Of a stretch of DNA of 64,000 nucleotides, positions 8,540-18,299 are shown piece after piece. The translations under genes were made by a program, and so were the position numbers. The notes beneath the pieces are model-generated. The model had not been told where the DNA came from, did not search any database, and saw nothing but the letters and a program-made list of their open reading frames with translations. Source of the stretch: Minisyncoccia bacterium (GTDB lineage Bacteria; Patescibacteriota; Minisyncoccia; Phycocordibacterales; UBA9973); assembly GCA_965656375.1 (NCBI GenBank), contig CBFHKH010000001.1:345319-409318 (forward strand), in the 5' to 3' direction. Positions within the stretch are counted from its first letter, which is position 1; every line of letters begins with the position of its first letter.

Positions 8540-11500
8540 ATGAATTCGAAGTTTATTCATCTCCATACCCATTCGCACTATTCCCTACTCGATGGATTGT
8601 CAAAAATCGAAAAAATGGTTGAAATTGCAAAGGATGCGGGTATGCCCGCGATGGCACTTACTGATCATGGCAATATGTATGGAGCTATTGAATTCTATAA
8701 GGAATGCAAAAAAGCTGGAATTAAGCCGATATTAGGATGTGAAGTATATGTTGCTGAACGGCGTATGGAGGATAAGGAACCAGGTATAGACAACAAGCGC
8801 TACCACCTCATACTTCTTGCAAAGAATTTACAAGGATACAAAAACTTGATGCGGATAGTAACCGAAGCAAATTTGAAAGGTTACTATTACAAGCCTCGCG
8901 TGGATATGGAGCTACTCCGAGAATTTCATGAGGGCATCATTGCGCTTTCCGGATGCATGGGAGGAAAGCTCTCACGTGCAGTCCTTTCAGGTAATGAAGA
9001 AAATGTTGAAGAACTTATCCGAGAACATATCGATGTCTTCGGTAAAGAAAATTATTTCATAGAAATTCAGTCACACCCGCACATCGAACGTGATAGAGAG
9101 CTTCGAGAGAAACTCGTAACGCTTGCAAAAAAACATGACCTTACCTACGTAGCAACCCAAGACTCACACTACCCGTGCAAAGATGATCATGAAGCACACC
9201 ATACACTCCTTCAAGTAAACACTGGTGCAGATGGTAAGGATTCGAGTAAATTTGAATTCTCTGATGATGATTTTTCGCTTATAAACGAAAAGACTGCTTT
9301 AGAATACTTTAGTGACTTCCCTGAAGCCGTTACGAATGCAAAGTTTGTAAATGATCTCTGCGAAGAATATGATCTTGAGCTTGGGAAAGCATACTTCCCT
9401 GACTTTCCTATACCCGATGGAACTACCGCTGACGGAATGCTAAAAGATTTAGCGTATAAGGGATTTGCATTCCGCGCGCTTCCACAATCGCAAGAATACG
9501 TGGACCGCCTCGAATATGAGCTTGAAATAATACAGCAAAAAAAATACCCGACATACTTCCTTGTAGTGGGAGATCTGCTCAGGTACGCCCGCGAACACGG
9601 AATACTTACCAATATCAGAGGTTCAGTTGCAGGTTCGCTTACAACGTATCTTCTCGGTGTTACAAATGTCGATCCACTGGAATACAAGTTACCATTCGAG
9701 CGATTTCTCAATCCTGAGCGTCCATCACTGCCTGATATTGATATGGACTTCGCTGATAACAGACGAGATGAAATTATCGCCTATACAAAGCAAAAATATG
9801 GAGAGGATAAAGTGGCGCAAGTTGGAACATTTGGAACCATGATGGCCAAAGGCTCCATTCGCGATGTCGCTCGAGCACTCGGCTATCCGTATACAGTAGG
9901 AGATAGAATATCAAGCATGATTCCACTTGGTTCACAAGGTATGCCCATGACAATCGATCATGCATTTGAGCTTGTACCAGATTTAAAAACTGCCTATGAT
10001 AAAGAACCTGACACCAAAAGGATTATTGATCTTGCGAAAAAGATGGAAGGATGTGTTCGTCACATCTCTGTCCATGCAGCAGGTGTTGTGATCGCCCCTA
10101 AACCACTATATGAATTCTCTCCTGTACAATTTGATCCAAAAGGCGGAAATATTATTACTCAATATGACATGTATAGCATCGAGGACGCAGGACTACCGAA
10201 ATTCGACTTCCTCGGAATTCGAAACCTTGCCATCCTCGCTGACGCAGTATCACTCGTAAAAACTCTCCACGGTATAGATGTAGATCTCGACAAGATTCCG
10301 CTCAATGATCGAAAGACATTTGAAATGTTAGCCCGAGGAGAAACGATGGGCCTATTCCAGTTGAATGGTTCAGGTATGACGCACTTCCTCAAGGAACTTC
10401 GTGCGACGACGATTCACGATATCAATGCGATGGTGGCTCTCTATCGCCCAGGGCCGATGCAATTTATCCCATTGTATATTGAGCGCAAACACAACCCAAA
10501 ACTTATCAAATACATGGATCCTGCGCTCGAACCGATCCTCAAGCAGACTTATGGCGTCCTTGTATATCAGGATGATCTCCTTATGATTGCCATTCACATC
10601 GCAGGGTATAGCTGGGGTGAAGCCGATAAATTCCGTAAAGCAGTGGGAAAGAAAATTCCAAAAGAAATGGCCGAGCAGAAAGATCGCTTTATTAATGGCT
10701 GCGTAGAGCATAGTAAATGGCCACTCAAAAAAGCACAGCAGCTCTGGGATCAGATCGAACCATTCGCTGCGTATGGATTCAACAAAGCACACTCAGCAAG
10801 CTATGGCAGAGTCGCATACCAGACTGCATACATGAAAGCAAACTTCCCTGTCGAATACATGTGTGCCATTATGACTGCTGAGTCAGGAGATGTAGAAAAA
10901 GTCGCTGAAATTGTTCATGAATGTGAAAAGATGAATATACTAGTACTTCCACCGAGCATCAATGAAAGCTATGGCGGATTTACCGTCATAGCAGGTTCCG
11001 ACAAGACTACAGAACGAGCAATCAGGTTCGGACTTTATACGATTAAAAATTTGGGTACTGACATCGCAGATGCAATTATCGCTGAGCGTAAAGCAGGTCC
11101 ATATACGAGCCTTACCAATTTCTTCGAACGCATCAATCATAAAAATCTAAATAAAAAGTCAGTAGAAGCGCTTGCAAAGTCAGGAGCGATGGATGAACTC
11201 GGAGATAGAAATACCATCATTGGTAATTTGGAAATATTACTTGCGTTTAATAAGGAATCACGCGGAGTTGCAGCTCAAGATTCATTGTTTGGTGCTATCG
11301 GTGGTATTGAAGCAAAACTCGTACTTACATCACAACCTGAAGCAACGGTGAATGAAAAACTCACATGGGAGAAAGAGCTTCTCGGGCTCTATATCTCAGG
11401 TCATCCGCTTGATGCATACAGGGAAAAGATTGAAAAATTCGGCACTCCAATCAAAAAGATAAAAACAGAAACTAGAATAGGAATGCCCGTAACAGTAGCA

Positions 11501-11725
11501 GCAATTATTGATGATATTAGAGTCGTTACTACCAAGAACAATGCCCAAATGGCATTTATCAAAATCTCAGACTTTGCAGGATCAGTAGATGCTGTTATAT
11601 TCTCAAAGTTGTACACATCTACAAGAGACATACTCGTAAAAGACACAATCATCGCACTAGAAGGTAAAGTCACCGAACGCAACGGCGAACGGAGTATTAT
11701 GATCGAGAGCTTTAAGAGAATCTAA
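8540..11725 (+). CDS. dnaE: DNA polymerase III alpha subunit
   Basis: HLHTHSHYSLLDG PHP domain, PDIDMDF, YGFNKAHSASY, OB fold; no intein seen. Confidence 0.97.
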   Translation: MNSKFIHLHTHSHYSLLDGLSKIEKMVEIAKDAGMPAMALTDHGNMYGAIEFYKECKKAGIKPILGCEVYVAERRMEDKEPGIDNKRYHLILLAKNLQGYKNLMRIVTEANLKGYYYKPRVDMELLREFHEGIIALSGCMGGKLSRAVLSGNEENVEELIREHIDVFGKENYFIEIQSHPHIERDRELREKLVTLAKKHDLTYVATQDSHYPCKDDHEAHHTLLQVNTGADGKDSSKFEFSDDDFSLINEKTALEYFSDFPEAVTNAKFVNDLCEEYDLELGKAYFPDFPIPDGTTADGMLKDLAYKGFAFRALPQSQEYVDRLEYELEIIQQKKYPTYFLVVGDLLRYAREHGILTNIRGSVAGSLTTYLLGVTNVDPLEYKLPFERFLNPERPSLPDIDMDFADNRRDEIIAYTKQKYGEDKVAQVGTFGTMMAKGSIRDVARALGYPYTVGDRISSMIPLGSQGMPMTIDHAFELVPDLKTAYDKEPDTKRIIDLAKKMEGCVRHISVHAAGVVIAPKPLYEFSPVQFDPKGGNIITQYDMYSIEDAGLPKFDFLGIRNLAILADAVSLVKTLHGIDVDLDKIPLNDRKTFEMLARGETMGLFQLNGSGMTHFLKELRATTIHDINAMVALYRPGPMQFIPLYIERKHNPKLIKYMDPALEPILKQTYGVLVYQDDLLMIAIHIAGYSWGEADKFRKAVGKKIPKEMAEQKDRFINGCVEHSKWPLKKAQQLWDQIEPFAAYGFNKAHSASYGRVAYQTAYMKANFPVEYMCAIMTAESGDVEKVAEIVHECEKMNILVLPPSINESYGGFTVIAGSDKTTERAIRFGLYTIKNLGTDIADAIIAERKAGPYTSLTNFFERINHKNLNKKSVEALAKSGAMDELGDRNTIIGNLEILLAFNKESRGVAAQDSLFGAIGGIEAKLVLTSQPEATVNEKLTWEKELLGLYISGHPLDAYREKIEKFGTPIKKIKTETRIGMPVTVAAIIDDIRVVTTKNNAQMAFIKISDFAGSVDAVIFSKLYTSTRDILVKDTIIALEGKVTERNGERSIMIESFKRI

Positions 11726-12789
11726 TGAGAGAGTAGAAAATTTCGAAGTATTTGATAATACTTTTCCATACTTGGAATATCAGCCCATTCATTGTCTCCT
11801 CCAATATCCCCACCAATTGGCCCGAATTCTATACCAGGACAATTTACTCTTGCAAAATGTCTTGCATCTGATGTTCCATTTGCTCCACGTAATGGTATTT
11901 TCTTGCCGAGCACCTCTTCGCATGTTTGTTTTAGTGATTGAATATACATGTTATCTGGAGCGGTTTGAAGAGCAGGTTCATTTTCAAGGATAGTGAGCTT
12001 AAATCCTTTTGGCATGATTTTTTTGAGGTTTTTAATAATAGAATCAGCGTTTTTTTCTACAAACCGTATGTCCAAACTAATAGTACAGTCATCTGGAACT
12101 TTATTAAGGGATGTATTACTTGTTTCTATCATACTTACATTCACTGTAGTAACCCATTCTTCTTTTTTAGGAATCGGATACTTTTTCTCTAATGAATTCA
12201 AGAATTTATTCATTGCCCAGATTGAATTTTTACCTCTCCAAGGATATGCTCCATGTGCTGATGTACCTTTTGTAGAAATACGTACAATTAAAATACCTTT
12301 TGCTTTATATACGATATCAAAATTTGTAGGCTCTCCTGCGAGCACAAAATCTGAGCGTACCCCCATATCAACTTGATACTTTGTTCCATCAAAACCTCCG
12401 ATCTCCTCATCAGTAACAAGCTGCAGACCTAAAGGGTACGAAACTGTATCTGCTACATCTTTAAATACTGTTACCAGAGCTGCAACGCTTGCTTTCATAT
12501 CCATAGACCCAACTCCGTACAATTTATTCCCTACTACTTTCGGAGTATATTGATACTCCTTACCAGCAACGACATCAATATGGCCATTTAGAATTATTTT
12601 AAATTTCTTAGGTCTTTTCTTTCTGTTGTATACCAATACACTTTTTACATTATTATGATCAAACCTTTCAATTGTAAATTTTTTTAAGTCTTGTATTGCA
12701 AGATCTAATGCCTCTTCGAGGATAAGAGGATTATCAGGTGTGGTCTTTAATTTTATAAGATTTTTAGTTAATTCAAGTATTTTCTTCAT
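11722..12789 (-). CDS. M20/DapE-ArgE family metallopeptidase
   Basis: LNGHIDVV, GVGSMDMK, DEEIGG, GEPT, SAHGAYPWRG, GTSDARHF. Confidence 0.85.
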   Translation of the reverse strand: MKKILELTKNLIKLKTTPDNPLILEEALDLAIQDLKKFTIERFDHNNVKSVLVYNRKKRPKKFKIILNGHIDVVAGKEYQYTPKVVGNKLYGVGSMDMKASVAALVTVFKDVADTVSYPLGLQLVTDEEIGGFDGTKYQVDMGVRSDFVLAGEPTNFDIVYKAKGILIVRISTKGTSAHGAYPWRGKNSIWAMNKFLNSLEKKYPIPKKEEWVTTVNVSMIETSNTSLNKVPDDCTISLDIRFVEKNADSIIKNLKKIMPKGFKLTILENEPALQTAPDNMYIQSLKQTCEEVLGKKIPLRGANGTSDARHFARVNCPGIEFGPIGGDIGGDNEWADIPSMEKYYQILRNFLLSH

Positions 12790-12834
12790 AAGAAATAAGC
12801 CGTATATATAAATATACAGCTTATTGTAACATAG

Positions 12835-14190
12835 TTACCGTATCTCAGCATATACAGTTTTCTCGTTCCCATGAATTCTTTTTCTTTTACCTTCTGAAGA
12901 ATCAAGTGGCATGAAGTTTCTAAATCCCCCGATGAAATCATAGTCTACGCCATCTGTAGCAAAAAATACTCTATCAATGTATGTAAACAAAGTTCCATCA
13001 AGACTACATTCAGTAGGAGTTTTTAATTCAGGCTGAATGATATATGGACCTCTCTTTTGCAAATTACTTTTTAGGTCATCTCTGAATTTCTTGTCAATCG
13101 GAAGTCCGCTGACATGACCATAACACCCATACGCATTTTTCATTGGTTTACCGCGAAGCGTAACCATGCCCGTCCTAATTTCCGTAGAGTCAACACCACA
13201 TGACAGTAAATATTCTTCGCATAAACGAGAGAAATAGATACCAGTATAGTCTTTTGCAGCATTCCCGTTCGCCAAATACTCAATAAATTCATGTGAGAAA
13301 ATATCTTTGGGCGAAGTAGCCGTATATCCCATACCCATACGTGGCATGTACTCCTTGGTGTCGTTGATCAGTGAAGAGTAACAAGCACCTGGAGTATCAA
13401 TATTAAGCGTAAGAGAATGAGTCTTTATCACGCTTCGAAGAAATGGATCCGATAATAGAGGATGGATAACCTCAAAATCAGGCTTCTTTAATTTATCAAG
13501 TGGATCTGAAGTTCGGGCATACAGTAGATATTTACACTTACCGTTGTTAGCTTTTACGTGTTCTTTGAATTCTTTTGGACCAAGCAAACAGTCAAAGCCT
13601 GAAGCTTTTTTTACTTCTTCGCTTGTTATAAGTTCATCTTTTGATTTGCCAAATTCAGATAATTTAATTTCTTCATACTTTTGATCAGTTACAGCAAGTA
13701 ATGCAATAGGCATATTGTAGATATACTGTATCTTATGAAGATGAGCCCGGAAAGCTTGTTTAAACAAACTTTCTTCTTCGCTTCCCGGAAACAAATTTTG
13801 CAGAAACTGATACACCGCAAGTGAATTTTCTATCTCAAATATTTTGTTGCGTACCATTTCTACGACATGATCAACTGAGAGCATACTCGCAGTATCTAGA
13901 AACTGTTGTGTGAGACCACACATATCTATTTGCACGAAACAATTAGCCTGTTTTAGTCCTGTTCTGCAATATTGATAGTCAGTTGTAAATTCTCTGTTTG
14001 CTTCCACTAGGGGTATGAACGCTTGATTGTACTCTTTGTACAGCCTTTTAAGTGCGTTTATAACTACATCCGGGTATACAACAGTATATTCCGAAAAAAT
14101 GAGAGGGTTACCGTTACAATATGTAACTCCTCTTTGTGTTACAGGGCTACCGAGCACCTGGTTCGTCATACGTAGGTTGTTGTTGTTCAT
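12835..14190 (-). CDS. hypothetical protein, probable circularly permuted ATP-grasp-like ligase
   Basis: 451 aa ORF; C-terminal KP..AYG.YG.V, YIIQPEL and YIDRVFF resemble ATP-grasp motifs (by eye only). Confidence 0.5.
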   Translation of the reverse strand: MNNNNLRMTNQVLGSPVTQRGVTYCNGNPLIFSEYTVVYPDVVINALKRLYKEYNQAFIPLVEANREFTTDYQYCRTGLKQANCFVQIDMCGLTQQFLDTASMLSVDHVVEMVRNKIFEIENSLAVYQFLQNLFPGSEEESLFKQAFRAHLHKIQYIYNMPIALLAVTDQKYEEIKLSEFGKSKDELITSEEVKKASGFDCLLGPKEFKEHVKANNGKCKYLLYARTSDPLDKLKKPDFEVIHPLLSDPFLRSVIKTHSLTLNIDTPGACYSSLINDTKEYMPRMGMGYTATSPKDIFSHEFIEYLANGNAAKDYTGIYFSRLCEEYLLSCGVDSTEIRTGMVTLRGKPMKNAYGCYGHVSGLPIDKKFRDDLKSNLQKRGPYIIQPELKTPTECSLDGTLFTYIDRVFFATDGVDYDFIGGFRNFMPLDSSEGKRKRIHGNEKTVYAEIR

Positions 14191-14371
14191 CTGTAAGTCC
14201 CTCCATGGACTTTGTTTTGGTTTTTTAAATTTTAAAAGATCTGCTGCTTTCTACAGCACGTTGGTGGGGTGGCCACTCCACCAACGTGCTAGAGATAGCA
14301 TGTAACCTAAAACACCAGCCTTAGAAAGCTGGTGTTTGTTTTGTTGGGAGAGGAGTCTAACAACGCAAAAA

Positions 14372-14458
14372 TCAACTTTCTAAGGGGAATAGAAAGTGCC
14401 AAAAATATGCAACTGTTGCGATTTCATATTTCTTTTTTTGTGGCGCAGTAGTAACCAT
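14372..14458 (-). CDS. possible 28-aa leader peptide MVTTAPQKKKYEIATVAYFWHFLFPLES
   Basis: Short ORF just after TTGCAT-N17-TACAAA; upstream of hairpins and the ATP-grasp-like gene. Confidence 0.25.
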   Translation of the reverse strand: MVTTAPQKKKYEIATVAYFWHFLFPLES

Positions 14459-14534
14459 ACTTAATTTGTAACATACAGTGAAAAATTATGCAATGGTAAT
14501 AGAAAATCCCCCATGCGGGGGATTTTCTTGGTAT

Positions 14535-15107
14535 TTAAACTATTTCTTCGGTATCGTCGATCATTTTCATGATTCGGATTACTTTGCTTGTATAGGTAGG
14601 AATGACTGAATTATATTTTCCTAAGATTTGCTTGGTATTTTTCCCTTCATAGTGATGGGCAGTACTATCCAAGTTCCCCCCGAGACTTGCTGAGACTCTT
14701 TCTATGGATTCATCAACTGATTTGAAGTTGATTTTACATGAACCATATCCAAGGAAGCTATTTGTAGCCTTTTTACAGGCATGGCGTCCGAAAGTGGATT
14801 CTACTCCTGCGATTGCTGGAAGCAAGCGCCAGTCGATATTATTTTTATCTGCCTCGAGAACGAACTTCATACCATACCCTTCAAGCGGTGAGTTGTACGA
14901 TGCAAGCAATGCATCTACCTTCTCTGCACGTTCTTTGCGATCGAGAGCTTCTGGTGTTGTTATCACCGTTGCTTCATTCACTGCATTTTGGTCAAGAACT
15001 ACAGCAGGACTTGGAATAGGACTTACTCCTACAAGTGGTGTAGCTACTGCAAGCATTGGAATAGCTACTACTGACTGTACGAACTTTATAATTTTGTGTT
15101 TATTCAT
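14535..15107 (-). CDS. exported lysozyme-fold (glucosaminidase/SLT-like) protein
   Basis: N-terminal hydrophobic segment; YNSPL, IDWRLLPAIAGVESTFG, N.LGYG, YN...Y..KV. Confidence 0.65.
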   Translation of the reverse strand: MNKHKIIKFVQSVVAIPMLAVATPLVGVSPIPSPAVVLDQNAVNEATVITTPEALDRKERAEKVDALLASYNSPLEGYGMKFVLEADKNNIDWRLLPAIAGVESTFGRHACKKATNSFLGYGSCKINFKSVDESIERVSASLGGNLDSTAHHYEGKNTKQILGKYNSVIPTYTSKVIRIMKMIDDTEEIV

Positions 15108-15465
15108 AGTTGGTGGTCTACGGTCCACCGTAACGCTCCCTCTCGAGGAGAGAGTTTATCTCAAGAAGGTATCTAAAGATATCTGCTCAAAATAAAAAGC
15201 CCATATATATCATCAACGTGACAACATACTTGGACGTACTAGAATAGTATCACAAACTGGGAATAAAGTCAATAGTTATACAATGGTTTTTTGTATCGTC
15301 AAACATAAAATACCCTTATTTTATAAGGGTATTTTATGTTTGAGTGCTTGACAAATTCATTTAAAAATTGTCCAATTAACCTTTAAAACAAGGTTTTTAG
15401 AGAAATTTTGACAAGAGTGAGACTTTATCTTTTAAAAAACCTTATTTTATAAAGATTTTAACCCA

Positions 15466-17946
15466 TTATTCTTTTCCATGGCAGTTCTTATACTTCTTGC
15501 CAGATCCACAGTAACAAGGATCGTTGCGGCCGATCTTTTGTTCATTTTTTACCGTTTGAGGGGCGGTTGTAGGAGTATTCCCTGTGTCGCTTGGAGATTG
15601 GAGGATGAGCGTAGGCTCAGCTTCCCTTATAGTTGAAGCACTATTCCCTGCCTGATCAGTCATAGTCTTTATAAGAGATACTACTTGTTCACGGAACAAG
15701 GCCTCCATCTCTTTAAATAATCGTAATCCTTCCTTTTTATACTCAATTAGTGGTTCTCGCTGACCGTAGGCACGCAGGTTCACAGATGAACGTGTATATT
15801 CCATAGTCTCAAGATGCTCCACCCACAGTGTATCTGTGGTATAGAGGGCTATACGGCGGACCGTTTCATAGAAATTGCTATCTCCAACTGAGGCACGCTT
15901 CTCGACGATACTCTCAGGAAGTTCCGTGTATTCACTGGATAGATCATCCAAGAAAGTCTGTATGGCATCGATATCGCCAGTAAGCATCTGACGTCTTCGA
16001 TCATAGATGACCTTACGCTGATGATTCATAACATTGTCGTATTCGAGGGTATGCTTACGAGCATCAAAGTGGAAACCTTCGATCTTTGCCTGTGCATTCT
16101 CAAGAGTTTTTGAAATAAACCGATTTTCAATAGGTTGATCTTCTGGAATGCCAAAGCGACCCATCATGGTCTTGATGCGGTCAGATCCGAAGATTCGCAT
16201 AAGATCATCTTCGAGAGATACATAGAATGCAGTCTCACCTGGGTCGCCCTGACGGCCTGAACGACCTCGAAGCTGATTGTCGATACGTCGAGCTTCATGA
16301 CGCTCAGTTCCAATAACAAAAAGACCTCCGAGAGCTTTTACTTCTTGGTAATGAGTGTCGTCATATGGTACACCTCCGAGCTTGATATCAACTCCACGTC
16401 CTGCCATATTTGTAGCTACAGTCACTGCACCTTTTCTTCCTGCATTCGCAATAATCTCACCCTCACGTTCATGGTTCTTTGCGTTTAATACGGTATGAGG
16501 AACACCTGCTTGAGTCAAATATGCAGAGAGCAGCTCATTTTTTTCAATTGATACAGTACCAAGGAGTACTGGTTGACCACGATCATGTAATTCTTTGACC
16601 TTTTTAGCAACTGCCTCGAATTTACCTTTTTCAGTCTGGTAGATAAGATCTGTATGGTCCTTTCTATTGATAGGACGATGAGTAGGAACGACGACAACAT
16701 CGAGGTTATAGACCTTTAAAAATTCCTCTTTCGAAGTTTCTGCAGTACCAGTCATACCGGCAAGCTTGTCATAAAATCTAAAGTAATTTTGGAATGTAAT
16801 GGATGCGACAGCTCGAGTTTCTTTTTCGATCTTTACCCCTTCTTTCGCTTCGATCGCCTGGTGCAAACCTTCGCTCCATCGTCTTCCTGGCTGCAACCGT
16901 CCGGTAAATGAATCAACAATGATCACCTCACCATCTTTAACGACATAATCCTTATTATTCTCATACAGCGCACGCGCTTTAACGGCAGTCTCGAGATGAT
17001 GAACGTACTTGATGCCTTTTTCTGTATATATATCTGTAATACCAAGCAAACTTTCTGCTTTCGTTATACCCCCGTCAGTCAAAGATATCGCTCGTAATTT
17101 CTCGTCGACTGTATAGTCTTCTTCTTTTCTCAATTGTCCGGAAATCTTTGCAAATGTATAGTAGAGATCCTCAGAATCTTCTGTCGCAGAGGAGATAATG
17201 AGCGGCGTACGAGATTCATCGATCAAAATTGAGTCCACTTCATCGACAATAGCAAAATGATGCGATCGTTGAGTGATCTCCCCTACACTACGGGCAAGGT
17301 TATCACGCAAGAAATCAAAGCCGAACTCGTTATTCGTACCATATGTAATATCACATGCGTATGCTTCGGTACGTGAGCACGGACGAAGAAACTCGTATTG
17401 AACTTTAAACGCAGTCATGTCCTCGGACTCGAGAGTATCCTGATGGGAAGAATCATAGATGTAAGATGTATTTTGAGAATTTACTACTCCTACAGTCATA
17501 CCGAGCAAAGAAAAGATCGGGCCCATCCATACTGCATCACGACGACTCAAATAATCATTCACGGTAACAATATGCACACCCTTTCCTGGAAGAGCATTCA
17601 GGTATGCGGGGGATGTCGCAACGAGAGTTTTACCTTCACCTGTTCGCATCTCTGCAATATTTCTATTATGAAGTGCAATGCCTCCGATAAGCTGCACATC
17701 ATAGTGACGTTCATTTCGAACTCGAAATGATGCCTCACGCACGAGCGCGAATGCTTCAGGAAGAAGATCGTCCAGAGTTTCACCATTCTCTAAACGGGTT
17801 CTAAATTCAGTTGTCTTCTCGGCAAAATCTGCATCTCTAAGCTCTTTAAATGTCGATTCGAGGGCATTTATCTTAGCCACAAGAGGGTTCCATTTCTTTA
17901 TTTGCCGGTCATTGGTATTTCCGAATATACTTTGTAATATAGCCAT
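15466..17946 (-). CDS. secA: preprotein translocase SecA
   Basis: AEMRTGEGKT, DEVDSILIDE, TNMAGRG, QLRGRSGRQGDPG, SEC-C motif GRNDPCYCGSGKKYKNCHG. Confidence 0.98.
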   Translation of the reverse strand: MAILQSIFGNTNDRQIKKWNPLVAKINALESTFKELRDADFAEKTTEFRTRLENGETLDDLLPEAFALVREASFRVRNERHYDVQLIGGIALHNRNIAEMRTGEGKTLVATSPAYLNALPGKGVHIVTVNDYLSRRDAVWMGPIFSLLGMTVGVVNSQNTSYIYDSSHQDTLESEDMTAFKVQYEFLRPCSRTEAYACDITYGTNNEFGFDFLRDNLARSVGEITQRSHHFAIVDEVDSILIDESRTPLIISSATEDSEDLYYTFAKISGQLRKEEDYTVDEKLRAISLTDGGITKAESLLGITDIYTEKGIKYVHHLETAVKARALYENNKDYVVKDGEVIIVDSFTGRLQPGRRWSEGLHQAIEAKEGVKIEKETRAVASITFQNYFRFYDKLAGMTGTAETSKEEFLKVYNLDVVVVPTHRPINRKDHTDLIYQTEKGKFEAVAKKVKELHDRGQPVLLGTVSIEKNELLSAYLTQAGVPHTVLNAKNHEREGEIIANAGRKGAVTVATNMAGRGVDIKLGGVPYDDTHYQEVKALGGLFVIGTERHEARRIDNQLRGRSGRQGDPGETAFYVSLEDDLMRIFGSDRIKTMMGRFGIPEDQPIENRFISKTLENAQAKIEGFHFDARKHTLEYDNVMNHQRKVIYDRRRQMLTGDIDAIQTFLDDLSSEYTELPESIVEKRASVGDSNFYETVRRIALYTTDTLWVEHLETMEYTRSSVNLRAYGQREPLIEYKKEGLRLFKEMEALFREQVVSLIKTMTDQAGNSASTIREAEPTLILQSPSDTGNTPTTAPQTVKNEQKIGRNDPCYCGSGKKYKNCHGKE

Positions 17947-18021
17947 AATCTCCGTATTTTAGCACAAAAAGAAAATCCCCGATAGAGAGGGGATTTTCTT
18001 AAGCTATTGAAAGAAAAGAGA

Positions 18022-18117
18022 TTAGATCTTCTTTTTCTTTGCTGCTGTCTTTTTCTTAGCTGCTTTCTTTACAGTTTTCTTAGCTGTCTTTTTAGCTGCC
18101 TTCTTTTTTGCTGCCAT
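18022..18117 (-). CDS. 31-aa Lys/Ala-rich histone H1-like peptide
   Basis: MAAKKKAAKKTAKKTVKKAAKKKTAAKKKKI; below the ORF-track cutoff; followed by a terminator-like hairpin near 17972-18000. Confidence 0.7.
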   Translation of the reverse strand: MAAKKKAAKKTAKKTVKKAAKKKTAAKKKKI

Positions 18118-18299
18118 ATATTTTAAAAAATTATTTTTAAAAGATGTGTGATTTCACGACCTTACAAAATAAAAAAATTTTGTAAAAAAATTAATCACAC
18201 TCACACATACATTATCTTATATATAAAATGCAACTGCAATACTTTTTACAAGAAAAGTGTGGATAACTTTTTATTTTTATAAATCGTTACAAAAAATTT

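Noticed and set aside
15299-15343. 20-bp perfect inverted repeat
   Set aside because: AT-rich hairpin downstream of secA, adequately explained as a terminator
18258-18266. DnaA box TGTGGATAA in an AT-rich gap as oriC
   Set aside because: Single box, no cluster and no dnaA/dnaN nearby
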